Of a DNA stretch of 64,000 nt, positions 52,972-62,479 are shown piece by piece. Position 1 is the first letter of the stretch. Each line of letters begins with the position of its first letter. Source of the DNA: an uncultured Methanolobus sp. (GTDB lineage: Archaea > Halobacteriota > Methanosarcinia > Methanosarcinales > Methanosarcinaceae); assembly GCA_963675495.1 (NCBI GenBank), contig OY776215.1:992001-1056000 (forward strand), given 5' to 3'. The notes beneath the pieces are model-generated. The model was not told where the DNA came from and searched no databases. It saw nothing but the letters and a program-made list of their open reading frames with translations. The translations under genes and the position numbers were made by a program.

Positions 52972-55593
52972 GTGTTCAAAATGATTTCAAAAAAGTTACA
53001 CATAGTCAGATATTCAATGATATTGCTGATCTTCATATCATGCATTGGAATCGTATCTGCAGCGACAATCACCGTTGGGGACAGCGGAAAGGACCATACC
53101 ACAATAAGCGCTGCAGTTTCTAATGCAAGTTCAGGCGATATTATCCTTGTAAGTGATGGAACTTACACTGAGAATGTAGTTGTCAACAAGGCTGTCACCA
53201 TTATCTCAGAAAATGGTGCTGCAAGCACGCTAGTTCAGTCAACTGGCAGCCATATTATTAGTATAAGCTCTGATAATGTTACCATTAGTGGATTCAACAT
53301 AACCTGTACTGTACCCAGCACCCACGCCGGCATATATGTTTCATCTGCTTCGAATTGTAACATTTCAGATAATAAATTGAATGGAAATTGTTATGGTATT
53401 TATCTTGCTTCTTCAAGTAACAATACTTTAAGCAACAATAATGCCAATAACAATGAGTATGGTATTTATCTGGAAGGTTCAAGTAATTATAATACTTTGA
53501 CCAGCAATAATGTCAGTTCAAACACGGATTACGGTATTTATCTTGATCATTCAAGTAACAATACTTTGACCAGCAACATTGCCAGTGACAATAGGTACGG
53601 TATTAATCTTGGTTCTTCAAGTAACAACACTTTGATCAGCAATAATGCCAGTTCAAACACTGGTTACGGTATTTCTCTTTCTTATGCTAGTAACAACACT
53701 TTGACCAGCAATAATGCCAGTTCAAACACTATTATTGGTATTTATCTTTCTTCTGCTAGTAACAACACTTTGACCAGCAATAATGCAAATTCAAACACGC
53801 CTCATGGTATTTATCTTGATTCTTCAAGTAACAATACTTTGACCGGCAATAATGCCAGTTCAAACAATTATTATGGTATTTGTCTTGATTCTTCAAGTAA
53901 CAATACTTTGACCAGCAATAATGCCAACAACAATGAGTATGGTATTTATCTTGATGATTCAAATAACAATACTTTGACTAATAATTTGATGTCATCAAAT
54001 AGTTATAATTTTGGAATTTCTATTTCATATCTAGAAGATTTCCTGCATGATATAAACGAGAGCAATTTGGTTGATGGCAAACCACTGTATTATTGGACTA
54101 ATCGCTCAAATGAAGAAGTACCTTCAGATGCAGGAGCTGTATATGTGATTAACTCAACAAATATCACTGTAAAGGACATTGAATTAGCTAATGTAGATGC
54201 TGGTATTCTGTTTGCGTATACTAACAATTCAACAATACAGAACGTCACCGTATCAAAAGGCTATACTAGTGTTCTGTTTGCGTATACTAACAATTCAACA
54301 ATACAGAACGTCACCGTATCAGAAGGCTTTATTGGTGTTCAACTGGTATTTTCAAGCTATAACATTCTTGATGCTATCACTGCTAATAATACTGCTTGCG
54401 GTATCTATCTTGACTATTCCAGTTACAATGCTTTGACCAGCAATAATGCCAATAACAATGAGTATGGGATTTATCTTCTTGATAGCAGTAACAATACTTT
54501 AAGCAATAATAGTGTAATAAATAACTCTATCTATGACTTCAACTCCGAGTCGACATCATCTGCTAACATAATAGAGAATCTGGTACTGACAAACAACTTC
54601 ACAGAGATATCGTTTATTAGCGACCCTGGTACTATAGTAAAAGGACTTGAAACTGTTGCAGCAACAGTTTCTGGCAAAATTAGCATGAACCATTATGTGA
54701 CTATTGTCAATTCAAGTGCATCACCTATGAACTTCACATTTCACTATAATGATTCCGGGCTGAGTACTACTGATGAATCTTCTGTGGCGTTGTACAGGCT
54801 AAATGGCAGCGAATGGCTTGCAGTTTCTGGAACTTCACTCAACACAACCGGTAATTATGTTTCTGCCAATCTCACAGAATTCGGTACATTCGGAATCTTT
54901 ACAGGTGGTGATATTTCCATTTCCTCAAGTTCATCCAGTTCCAGCTCAAGTGGTGGTTCTGTAGCTTCAAGAGTAATCTCACAGGGAACTGTCGAACAGT
55001 TATCTTTAGGTGAGGATGGAGAGATAATGGGTGATACTGTTATTAAATCATCAGACACAAAAGCGACATTAACACTGTACAAAGGAACTGTGGCTCTTGA
55101 TTCCTTTGACGAACTTGTGAATAAAGTTATGATCACCGTTCCGGCATCTCTGCCGGCAGACGTTCCTGCAGATATGGCTTATTCAGGTCTTTACTATGAA
55201 TTCGGGCCATCAGGAACCACTGTAAATAAAGATGTCATGGTCACCATCGATTTCGATCCGGTAGAATTTGAAGGTAGAAGTCCGATCATCTATACTTACA
55301 CTTCTGAAGATGGATGGGTAGCCCTGGAAACAACAGTTGACTGGGAAAATGGCAGAGCAACAACAATGACACGTTACTTTTCGACCTGTGCATTATTTGG
55401 AGCCGATGTGGAAGAAGTAGAGGAGAATGTGGTGGAAACAGTGGCATTAGATTCCTCGCCAGTTACATGTGTAGAAACACCGGTTGAGGATGATACAGGT
55501 TTAGGTTACCTCAATTGGATTGCAGGTGTCGGAATTGTTCTGATGCTTGGAATCGTCCTTGTAAGAAAACAAAAGAGTGGTGGAGGGCTTTAA
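52972..55593 (+). CDS. Surface protein with NosD/CASH parallel beta-helix repeats and C-terminal TM anchor
   Basis: Signal peptide; GIYL..SSNNTL..N repeats; Ser linker; TM plus basic tail. Confidence 0.88.
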   Translation: MFKMISKKLHIVRYSMILLIFISCIGIVSAATITVGDSGKDHTTISAAVSNASSGDIILVSDGTYTENVVVNKAVTIISENGAASTLVQSTGSHIISISSDNVTISGFNITCTVPSTHAGIYVSSASNCNISDNKLNGNCYGIYLASSSNNTLSNNNANNNEYGIYLEGSSNYNTLTSNNVSSNTDYGIYLDHSSNNTLTSNIASDNRYGINLGSSSNNTLISNNASSNTGYGISLSYASNNTLTSNNASSNTIIGIYLSSASNNTLTSNNANSNTPHGIYLDSSSNNTLTGNNASSNNYYGICLDSSSNNTLTSNNANNNEYGIYLDDSNNNTLTNNLMSSNSYNFGISISYLEDFLHDINESNLVDGKPLYYWTNRSNEEVPSDAGAVYVINSTNITVKDIELANVDAGILFAYTNNSTIQNVTVSKGYTSVLFAYTNNSTIQNVTVSEGFIGVQLVFSSYNILDAITANNTACGIYLDYSSYNALTSNNANNNEYGIYLLDSSNNTLSNNSVINNSIYDFNSESTSSANIIENLVLTNNFTEISFISDPGTIVKGLETVAATVSGKISMNHYVTIVNSSASPMNFTFHYNDSGLSTTDESSVALYRLNGSEWLAVSGTSLNTTGNYVSANLTEFGTFGIFTGGDISISSSSSSSSSSGGSVASRVISQGTVEQLSLGEDGEIMGDTVIKSSDTKATLTLYKGTVALDSFDELVNKVMITVPASLPADVPADMAYSGLYYEFGPSGTTVNKDVMVTIDFDPVEFEGRSPIIYTYTSEDGWVALETTVDWENGRATTMTRYFSTCALFGADVEEVEENVVETVALDSSPVTCVETPVEDDTGLGYLNWIAGVGIVLMLGIVLVRKQKSGGGL
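53390..53990 (+). repeat. Coding tandem repeats, ~66-bp period (22-aa PbH1 units)
   Basis: Recurrent ggtatttatctt...tcaagtaacaatactttgaccagcaataatg. Confidence 0.85.
54206..54321 (+). repeat. Recent 66-bp-period intragenic duplication
   Basis: 50 identical nt at 54206-54255 and 54272-54321. Confidence 0.9.
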
Positions 55594-55691
55594 GCCTTCC
55601 AATTCTTTTTTTTAAATATCAATTACGCCCCTTCACTTTTATTGAATAAGAGATTTCAACAGAGCCCATAAATTGATAATTGAAATGGGGT

Positions 55692-55745
55692 ATTTTTCTG
55701 TACTAATTTGAATGTTGTACATAATCATAACGATTAAGTATATAT
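55692..55745 (+). promoter_or_regulatory. Conserved promoter copy 1: TGTAC-N13-GTACA plus BRE/TATA
   Basis: TGTAC 55699-55703, GTACA 55717-55721, then TAATCATAACGATTAAGTATATAT. Confidence 0.75.
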
Positions 55746-55973
55746 CAATGCATTATTTATCTTAATCTAGTAATAATTGATAGAACTGGAATACATCAAA
55801 AAATACGTAGAAGATGCTAATGAAAAATAACTCAAATCCTTTTGCTTTCTTGGCCAGAAGTTACAGGGACAGTAAGTAGAATTCATTAGAGATCTGCTAT
55901 TTTATTTTTTGATTATATCCATGTTATATTTAATGCACAGATATTTCAGAACCAATGCATTCGGAGGGTGAAA

Positions 55974-56795
55974 ATGACTGTATTAAGCATATTAGGTTGC
56001 AAAATGCTTCAGGATGAAGTTGTATGGCTTTTGAGCAATGATTCCAGAATTTCAAAAGTAATGATTGTGGAAAGTGAAAATATTTCTGAATTCATTGGGA
56101 AACTTGATGAGCAACATACATCTTATGAAATTCTACAACTTGAAACTATCTCAAATATCCTTAAGGATGAAGATAAGGATGAACTAACTGTTGTCGTTAA
56201 CTTCCTTGAACTTCAACTTCATGTAGTGCCAAAAAAACTAAAATCTGGTGTTTATGAAACCATAGAAAAAATGACACCATTTTCCAGTGGGATCCTCCTA
56301 TTTTATGGCCTCTGCGGTAACGTTCTGGGTAATGTAGAAGAAGATTTCTGTCTGGAAAAAGATGGTTGTGTCGTGAGAATACTCAGAGACGATGAAAGAA
56401 TTGTTGATGACTGCATAGGGGCAACTGTCGGGGGTGGTGCAAACTACTTGAAATTACTGAAAGAAAACAGTAAAGAGCCTGCATTCTATTTCACACCCAT
56501 GTATGTCAATTCATGGAAAGAATTCAATATTTCAGGCTATGATTATAATACAAACCCTGAAAAAGCAGTGAAGATGGACAAAATGATCAATGACCTGGCA
56601 GGATACTCAAGAGTTGCAAAGGTCAATACCGGTCTTACATATGTGAAGGATTTTGATGAGAAAATAGAAGAATATGCAAAAATATTTGGATACAGTATTT
56701 TTGAGATAGATGGCAATCAGGAAATATTCGAGAAATGTTATGCTTCAATAAAAAATGAAATAACCGGCGAAGATTCAGTGAACGGATGTAGCTGA
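55974..56795 (+). CDS. DUF1638 family Cys-rich protein
   Basis: GCKMLQDE, LH..PK.LK, FYGLCGN, DDCIG, FYFTP motifs. Confidence 0.85.
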   Translation: MTVLSILGCKMLQDEVVWLLSNDSRISKVMIVESENISEFIGKLDEQHTSYEILQLETISNILKDEDKDELTVVVNFLELQLHVVPKKLKSGVYETIEKMTPFSSGILLFYGLCGNVLGNVEEDFCLEKDGCVVRILRDDERIVDDCIGATVGGGANYLKLLKENSKEPAFYFTPMYVNSWKEFNISGYDYNTNPEKAVKMDKMINDLAGYSRVAKVNTGLTYVKDFDEKIEEYAKIFGYSIFEIDGNQEIFEKCYASIKNEITGEDSVNGCS

Positions 56796-56799
56796 TTTT

Positions 56800-57050
56800 T
56801 CTTTTTTATCAGGTTGATAAAAACCCATTTTTTGCAATGTTTCGATCTGTTCATCGAAACGTGTTTCAGCTCGTCCTAAACAATTGGCACATTGATCAGA
56901 TCCTGCCGCAATTTGCTTGAGCTTATCGAAATTGTTTTTTAAATGTAAAATATTATCCTTTGATAATTCTCCTTCTTTTGCATAATTGGCTAAACCTTCA
57001 AAATGAGCAATAAAATTTGGTTCACATCCACTGATGTCACCAGAATTTGA
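56800..57050 (-). pseudogene. Internal fragment of an Msr-like/ArsR-family regulator
   Basis: Translates ...DKLKQIAAGSDQCANCLGRAETRFDEQIETLQKMGFY; no start and no HTH; shares ~50 nt with 61221-61271. Confidence 0.65.
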
Positions 57051-57145
57051 GGGGACGAATTGATGGAATGGGTAGACAAGTCACTGTACATTCAGAAGAA
57101 AAGTAAATGACTTTTTAGACAACAAAATAACAACTGTGTTTAGTC

Positions 57146-57199
57146 ATTTTTCTGTACAAAGGCAACTTCAGTACATAATTATAACGCTTAAGTATATAT
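57146..57199 (+). promoter_or_regulatory. Conserved promoter copy 2: TGTAC-N13-GTACA plus BRE/TATA
   Basis: TGTAC 57153-57157, GTACA 57171-57175, TAATTATAACGCTTAAGTATATAT. Confidence 0.78.
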
Positions 57200-57268
57200 T
57201 CATACACTCCATGTTATTATTTGCGCCCATTCACGAAAATAGATAGAAACTAATGGAGGAGCTTAAAT

Positions 57269-57970
57269 ATGAAAATACTAGGAATATCAGGAAGCCCAAG
57301 ACCAGAATCACGTTCAGATTCTATTAAAATGGTACAGAAAGTCCTTGAGAACACAGGATGTGAATATGAACTTATTTCATTACAGGGTAAGAAAATCAAT
57401 GGCTGTATCGCATGTATGGCATGCGTTCATGATAATGTATGCAAAGTAAATGATGACATGAAAACCTTGCGTGATAAAATTGTTGAAGCTGATGCATATG
57501 TTTTGAGTGGTGTCAACTACTACAATACGTTGAATGCATTGATGCACTCTTTCATGGAAAGATGGTACCAATTCAGGCACCGTGAAGCTGATATCCTCTG
57601 GGGAAAGCTTGCAGTTACTGTCAGTCTTGGGGGTTTTAATCCTGCACCACCTGCTGAGCTTCTAAATACAATGTGCTTAACCAACTTGATTAAGGTTACA
57701 GATACTATTGAAGGAATAGGTGCTTTTGGCTGTTGTTATTGCGGATATGGTGAAACCTGCAAGGTAGGAGGGCACTATAACAAATATGGACCTGACGTTC
57801 CAATCACTCCGGAAACCATTCCTGATGTTACAAAGGATGAAGCAGTCATGCTTGCAGCTGAGCAGGCAGGTAAAAAGCTCGGTGAACAACTGCGTTCTGC
57901 TGATTATAGCCGTGAGAAAACAACTCAAGAGCTTATGCAAGCTATGTTGTCCATGGAAGGCTATGAGTAA
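57269..57970 (+). CDS. Iron-sulfur flavoprotein (Isf / FMN reductase family)
   Basis: GISGSPR; CIACMAC.....C; second motif CYCGYGETC. Confidence 0.88.
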   Translation: MKILGISGSPRPESRSDSIKMVQKVLENTGCEYELISLQGKKINGCIACMACVHDNVCKVNDDMKTLRDKIVEADAYVLSGVNYYNTLNALMHSFMERWYQFRHREADILWGKLAVTVSLGGFNPAPPAELLNTMCLTNLIKVTDTIEGIGAFGCCYCGYGETCKVGGHYNKYGPDVPITPETIPDVTKDEAVMLAAEQAGKKLGEQLRSADYSREKTTQELMQAMLSMEGYE

Positions 57971-58017
57971 TCATCGTAGTTTATAGATTTATATGAAATG
58001 TTTATTGGAGGAATATT

Positions 58018-58677
58018 ATGAAAGTTATAGGAGTTTCTGGCTCACCATCACCAAACAGTAACACTGACAGGGCCGTTAAAGCAGTACTTGAATCAACTGG
58101 AATGGAAACGGAATTCATTAAACTTAGTAATTACAAATTTGAACCATGCCGTGCCTGTTTGAAATGTGCTACTACCAATGTATGTATTCTTAAGGACGAT
58201 GCAACCGAACTGGCACAAAAAATAAAGGATGCCGATGCACTTGTTGTTGGTGGTTATTCTCCGTATAGCTCACTGGATGGACGGACAAAATCTTTCCTTG
58301 AACGTCTCTATTGCCTGCGTCATCAAAAAGGTCTTATGAGAGGTAAAATCGGGGGCATAGTCATCACATCCGCAGTCCCGCAACAGGAACCATACCCTCC
58401 GGTAGCAGATGTGGGAGTTGCTGTTGTAAAATCATACATGCAGGGAGAAGGAATGAATGTTGTCGGTGATGTGAAGATATTCGGCACGGCAACTTGTGCG
58501 AAATGTGGCTATGGCAATGAGTGTGAGCTCAGCGGAATTAAAGGGATCTTTGGTCCTGATGCTACAGTTGAAGGTGTTGGATGTCCACGTTTCGAGGACC
58601 AGCCTGAAACGTTGAAGGCAGCACAGGAACTGGGTGAAAATATCGCACAGGAACTCAGGAAAGATTCAGACGAATGA
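58018..58677 (+). CDS. Iron-sulfur flavoprotein (Isf / FMN reductase family)
   Basis: GVSGSP; CRACLKC.....C; second motif CAKCGYGNEC. Confidence 0.88.
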   Translation: MKVIGVSGSPSPNSNTDRAVKAVLESTGMETEFIKLSNYKFEPCRACLKCATTNVCILKDDATELAQKIKDADALVVGGYSPYSSLDGRTKSFLERLYCLRHQKGLMRGKIGGIVITSAVPQQEPYPPVADVGVAVVKSYMQGEGMNVVGDVKIFGTATCAKCGYGNECELSGIKGIFGPDATVEGVGCPRFEDQPETLKAAQELGENIAQELRKDSDE

Positions 58678-58794
58678 GGGGATCTGGCATAGTCCGAATG
58701 AAAAGAAAAGAAAAGAAAGTAAGATTTGACTTATTACAAAGGCTGTGACAGTGACAATAATTTAACAGGATTAATATAAGGAGTGAGTTCGAAT

Positions 58795-60024
58795 ATGTCT
58801 AAAATAACCATTGAGCAGGCCATTAAGGACATCAGGGCCGGGCGTATGGTCATTCTTGTGGATGATGAAGATCGAGAGAATGAAGGGGATTTGACCATGG
58901 CAGCAGAGGCGGTGACCCCTGAAGCTATTAATTTTATGGCCAGGTATGGTCGCGGTCTGATCTGCCTTTCCATGACCGGTGAAACGGCTGACCGGTTGGG
59001 CCTCCCCATGATGGTGGAGAAAAACACCTCTTCCTTTGAGACCGGATTTACCGTTTCAATTGAAGCAAAGAAAGGAGTGACCACCGGCATTTCTGCTGCA
59101 GACAGGGCCACCACCATTCAGACTGCCATTGCCGATGCTGCAACTGCGGACGACCTTGTTCGGCCTGGCCACATTTTTCCTCTGAGGGCCAGGGATAATG
59201 GTGTCATGGTTCGTGTGGGCCAGACAGAAGGCTCTGTGGATCTGGCACATCTTGCCGGATGCAAGCCTGCCGGTGTCATCTGTGAGATAATGGATGATGA
59301 CGGTACCATGGCCAGAATGCCCTCCCTGGAAAAATTCAGCGAAAAACATGGCATCGGTATCTGTACAGTGGCGAATCTTGTGAAGTATCGACTGAAGACA
59401 GAATCTTTTGTCAGAAAAGCAGCCGAAACTGTTATTCCCACGAAATATGGCGGTGAGTTTCGAATGATCGCCTATGAAAATGACCTGGATAACCTTACCC
59501 ACATAGCAATGGTCAAAGGTGAAGTCGATCCTGAAAAGGACATCCTCGTAAGAGTTCATTCAGAATGTATGACAGGAGATATTTTCGGCTCCATGAGATG
59601 TGACTGCGACGACCAACTCCATAAAGCCATGGCCATGGTGGAGAAAGAGGGAAGTGGTGTTATTATTTATCTCAGACAGGAAGGCCGAGGGATTGGCTTG
59701 GTCAATAAACTCAAGGCCTACGAACTCCAGCGCCGGGGATACGACACGGTTGATGCCAATCTTGAGTTGGGATTTGATGCCGATATGAGGGATTATGGTG
59801 TCGGAGCCCAGATTCTTACAGATCTGGGAGTTCGAAAAATGCGTCTGATGACCAACAATCCAACAAAGATAATGGGTCTTGAAGAATATGGATTAAGTGT
59901 GGTGGAACGGGTGCCTATTGAAATAATGCCCAATTCGCTTAATAATGATTATCTCAATTGTAAGCAATTGAAAATGGGACATCTTTTAAAAAGGGATAGC
60001 CAATTGTTAATTTGTGATCAATGA
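58795..60024 (+). CDS. ribBA: Bacterial-type bifunctional DHBP synthase / GTP cyclohydrolase II
   Basis: DDEDRENEGD, RPGHIFPL, GQTEGSVDL; RVHSEC.TGD.FGS.RCDC, QEGRGIG, TNNP motifs. Confidence 0.95.
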   Translation: MSKITIEQAIKDIRAGRMVILVDDEDRENEGDLTMAAEAVTPEAINFMARYGRGLICLSMTGETADRLGLPMMVEKNTSSFETGFTVSIEAKKGVTTGISAADRATTIQTAIADAATADDLVRPGHIFPLRARDNGVMVRVGQTEGSVDLAHLAGCKPAGVICEIMDDDGTMARMPSLEKFSEKHGIGICTVANLVKYRLKTESFVRKAAETVIPTKYGGEFRMIAYENDLDNLTHIAMVKGEVDPEKDILVRVHSECMTGDIFGSMRCDCDDQLHKAMAMVEKEGSGVIIYLRQEGRGIGLVNKLKAYELQRRGYDTVDANLELGFDADMRDYGVGAQILTDLGVRKMRLMTNNPTKIMGLEEYGLSVVERVPIEIMPNSLNNDYLNCKQLKMGHLLKRDSQLLICDQ

Positions 60025-60235
60025 TTGGCCCGCTTTTCTTTTTCAATCAAGTTATTGGCATGCTTTTAAAATAAATTATAGAGTCAAATAGCTAAAATGG
60101 GCAAGATAATTTTGAAGACTCTGTGAACTAATGAGGGAAGTTCCCGTTTCAGTCACCATTAATTGATATTTGCCACTGGAGTGTTAGCTGTCAACGATTA
60201 TTGGGGAGAAAGTATTTTACAAACTTGAATAGGTT

Positions 60236-60289
60236 ATTTTTCTGTACTCAGACGACATCAGTACATAATCATAACGCTTAAGTATATAT
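60236..60289 (+). promoter_or_regulatory. Conserved promoter copy 3: TGTAC-N13-GTACA plus BRE/TATA
   Basis: TGTAC 60243-60247, GTACA 60261-60265, TAATCATAACGCTTAAGTATATAT. Confidence 0.78.
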
Positions 60290-60358
60290 TCCTATACTGC
60301 AAATCATTAATTGCGATTATTTACGGAAATGACAGGAACCATTGGAGGAACATTAAAT

Positions 60359-60856
60359 ATGAAAACATTAGTAACATATTTTTCACAGACAGGAAACACA
60401 AAGAAAATAGCTGAAGCAATTTATGACGAGATTACCGGTGAAAAGGACATTCAGGAGATCAAGGACGTAAGCAATCTTGAAGACTATGATCTTATATTCG
60501 TGGGATCTCCAGTAATGGAATTTAACATACCTAAGAAAGTTACAAATTTCATTTCAAATAATGTGGCTGGTAAAAACATAGCATTCTTCATGACCCATGC
60601 TGTTCCAGAAGGATTCGAGGCCATTAAATCATGGACTGGCTCCATCGAGGATTTTGCAGCTAGTGGAAATTTCCTTGGTACATTTGAATGTCAGGGAGAA
60701 CTCGCACAGCCTGTTTATGACATGTTGATTGGATCCGATGACCCGGAAATGAAAGGATTTGCTGAAATGAGTTTATCTGGAAAAGGACAGCCTGACGAAA
60801 TTCATGTACAGATGGCAAAGGAGTTTGCAAAAGAGATTCAGGCAAAAGTCCAGTGA
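60359..60856 (+). CDS. Flavodoxin family protein (paralog of 52201..52698)
   Basis: Same 165-aa length; ~72% identical by manual alignment. Confidence 0.9.
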   Translation: MKTLVTYFSQTGNTKKIAEAIYDEITGEKDIQEIKDVSNLEDYDLIFVGSPVMEFNIPKKVTNFISNNVAGKNIAFFMTHAVPEGFEAIKSWTGSIEDFAASGNFLGTFECQGELAQPVYDMLIGSDDPEMKGFAEMSLSGKGQPDEIHVQMAKEFAKEIQAKVQ

Positions 60857-60884
60857 CCTATTTTCCTATTTTTCTTTTTTGATC

Positions 60885-61275
60885 TCAATTTTGTATACTA
60901 TTCCCAATATCCAATGCTTTTACAAGATCTAGCAGTGAATTAAGGAGATTATGTCCTTTCAGACTGATATGATATTCACCTCGCTCTTCACGCTGGTGTA
61001 TCAATCCTTTGCTTTGCAATTTATCCAGATAGACAGAAGATTTCCACCACGAAGTTTTGTGAGTTTTGAAAGTGCAGTAAATGATTTGCCCTCATCATAC
61101 AATGCTTTCATGATTTGAACTCTTGCAGCGCAGTTCAATGCATCCCCTACCAGACTGGAGATCTCTTTTTCCGGAATGTCCTGCACTTGCATCTGCTCGT
61201 CGTTATCAGAATGGTAGAAGCCCATTTTTTGCAATGTTTCGATCTGTTCTTCGAAACATATTTCAGCTCGTTTAA
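60885..61275 (-). pseudogene. Frameshifted, 5'-truncated Msr-like/ArsR winged-helix regulator
   Basis: RVQIMKAL...KSFTALSKLTKLRGGNLL, then after a 1-nt deletion near 61033 YLDKLQSKGLIHQREERGEYHISLKG to TGA 60885. Confidence 0.75.
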
Positions 61276-61590
61276 CCTATGTCTGCAGAAAGCTATTAAA
61301 ATTAAAGCAGAGAGAAATTCAAATTCCCGATTCAAAAATGAAAATGCGACTCTAAAAGAGATTATAGAGTCTAATATCTAAATATAGCCTTACTATCTTT
61401 GCAATGGATAGACATTTCAGTTTTGTAATTTCTTGATACCCGGACACTAATCCATTTAAAACAGTGCGTAACTCCCCTCAAAGCTGTATTTGCAAAAATA
61501 CACAACAATAAGGATTGAGGGAACAGGGGAAGAAATATCATATGAGTGTGTCAAGTAACTTATTTGGAATCTGTTGTAGGGAGTGCTAAA

Positions 61591-62046
61591 ATGGCCGATA
61601 AAGCAAAGGAAATATCTTGTCCAATCTGCGGAAAAACAGGAGTTCCTGTTGAAAATTTGACAGTAGAACAAATGGTGAAAGAAGAGTTTGTGGATGAGTT
61701 GAATGATGATGATCACTGGCTTTGCATGAGTGAGGAATGTGAAGTTGCATACTACACCGATTCAGGTAGAAAATTCAATACAGAAGACATAAAAGTACCT
61801 ATCTGGTTCAAGAAAGACGCTGATCCTAAGTACGCATGCTATTGCAACAACATAACTGAAGAACAGGTAATTGATGCAGTGGTCAATCAGGGCCTTGGCA
61901 ACATGAGAGATATCATTGTTTCGATCAACGGAAAAGCCAGAATACGATGCAAGGCCAAAAATCCTACCGGAAAACGCTGTACTAAGGTCTTCAATGAAGC
62001 AATAAAAAAAGGTATGGATATCAAGAACAAAGGAGAACGGACATGA
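61591..62046 (+). CDS. Cys-rich Zn/[2Fe-2S] protein resembling the N-terminal domain of Archaeoglobus CopZ
   Basis: CPICG, C..EECEVAYY, CYCNNIT, C...NPTGKRC motifs. Confidence 0.8.
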   Translation: MADKAKEISCPICGKTGVPVENLTVEQMVKEEFVDELNDDDHWLCMSEECEVAYYTDSGRKFNTEDIKVPIWFKKDADPKYACYCNNITEEQVIDAVVNQGLGNMRDIIVSINGKARIRCKAKNPTGKRCTKVFNEAIKKGMDIKNKGERT

Positions 62047-62453
62047 AAATAGCCGTCAGATACTATACCAGATCAGGAAACACAAAAAAAATTGCAGATG
62101 AGATTGCGGAAGCAGTTGGAGTAGAGGCGCTGCCAGTCACTCAGCCAATTACTGAGAATCTGGATATTCTTTTTCTGGGAAGTTCAGTTTATGCATCAGG
62201 AGTTGCAGCCGATGTTAAAAAATTCATAGCTTCAATTGACTGCTCTATTGGAATGCTTGTTAATTTCAGTACTTCTGCATCGTCTAAATCTACATACGAA
62301 CGAGTAAAAAAGCTTGCAGATGACAAAGAGATCAAAATATCCGATAAAGAATACCATTGTCTGGGTTCTTATGGCCAGAGGAATAAAGGCAAGCCAGACG
62401 AGGAAGATATTCAAAATGCTGCTATCTTTGCAAAAGAGATCGTGCAATCATGA
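62043..62453 (+). CDS. Short flavodoxin family protein
   Basis: YTRSGNTKKIA and LFLGSSVY; ATGA coupling. Confidence 0.85.
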   Translation: MKIAVRYYTRSGNTKKIADEIAEAVGVEALPVTQPITENLDILFLGSSVYASGVAADVKKFIASIDCSIGMLVNFSTSASSKSTYERVKKLADDKEIKISDKEYHCLGSYGQRNKGKPDEEDIQNAAIFAKEIVQS

Positions 62454-62479
62454 TCAACTAAAAATTATCCAATAACAAT

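Noticed and set aside
53390-53990. Periodic repeats as a CRISPR array
   Set aside because: In-frame degenerate coding repeats without unique spacers; no cas genes
61147-61335. 62-aa and 77-aa minus-strand ORFs near 61.0-61.3 kb as genes
   Set aside because: They are pieces or off-frame readings of the regulator pseudogene
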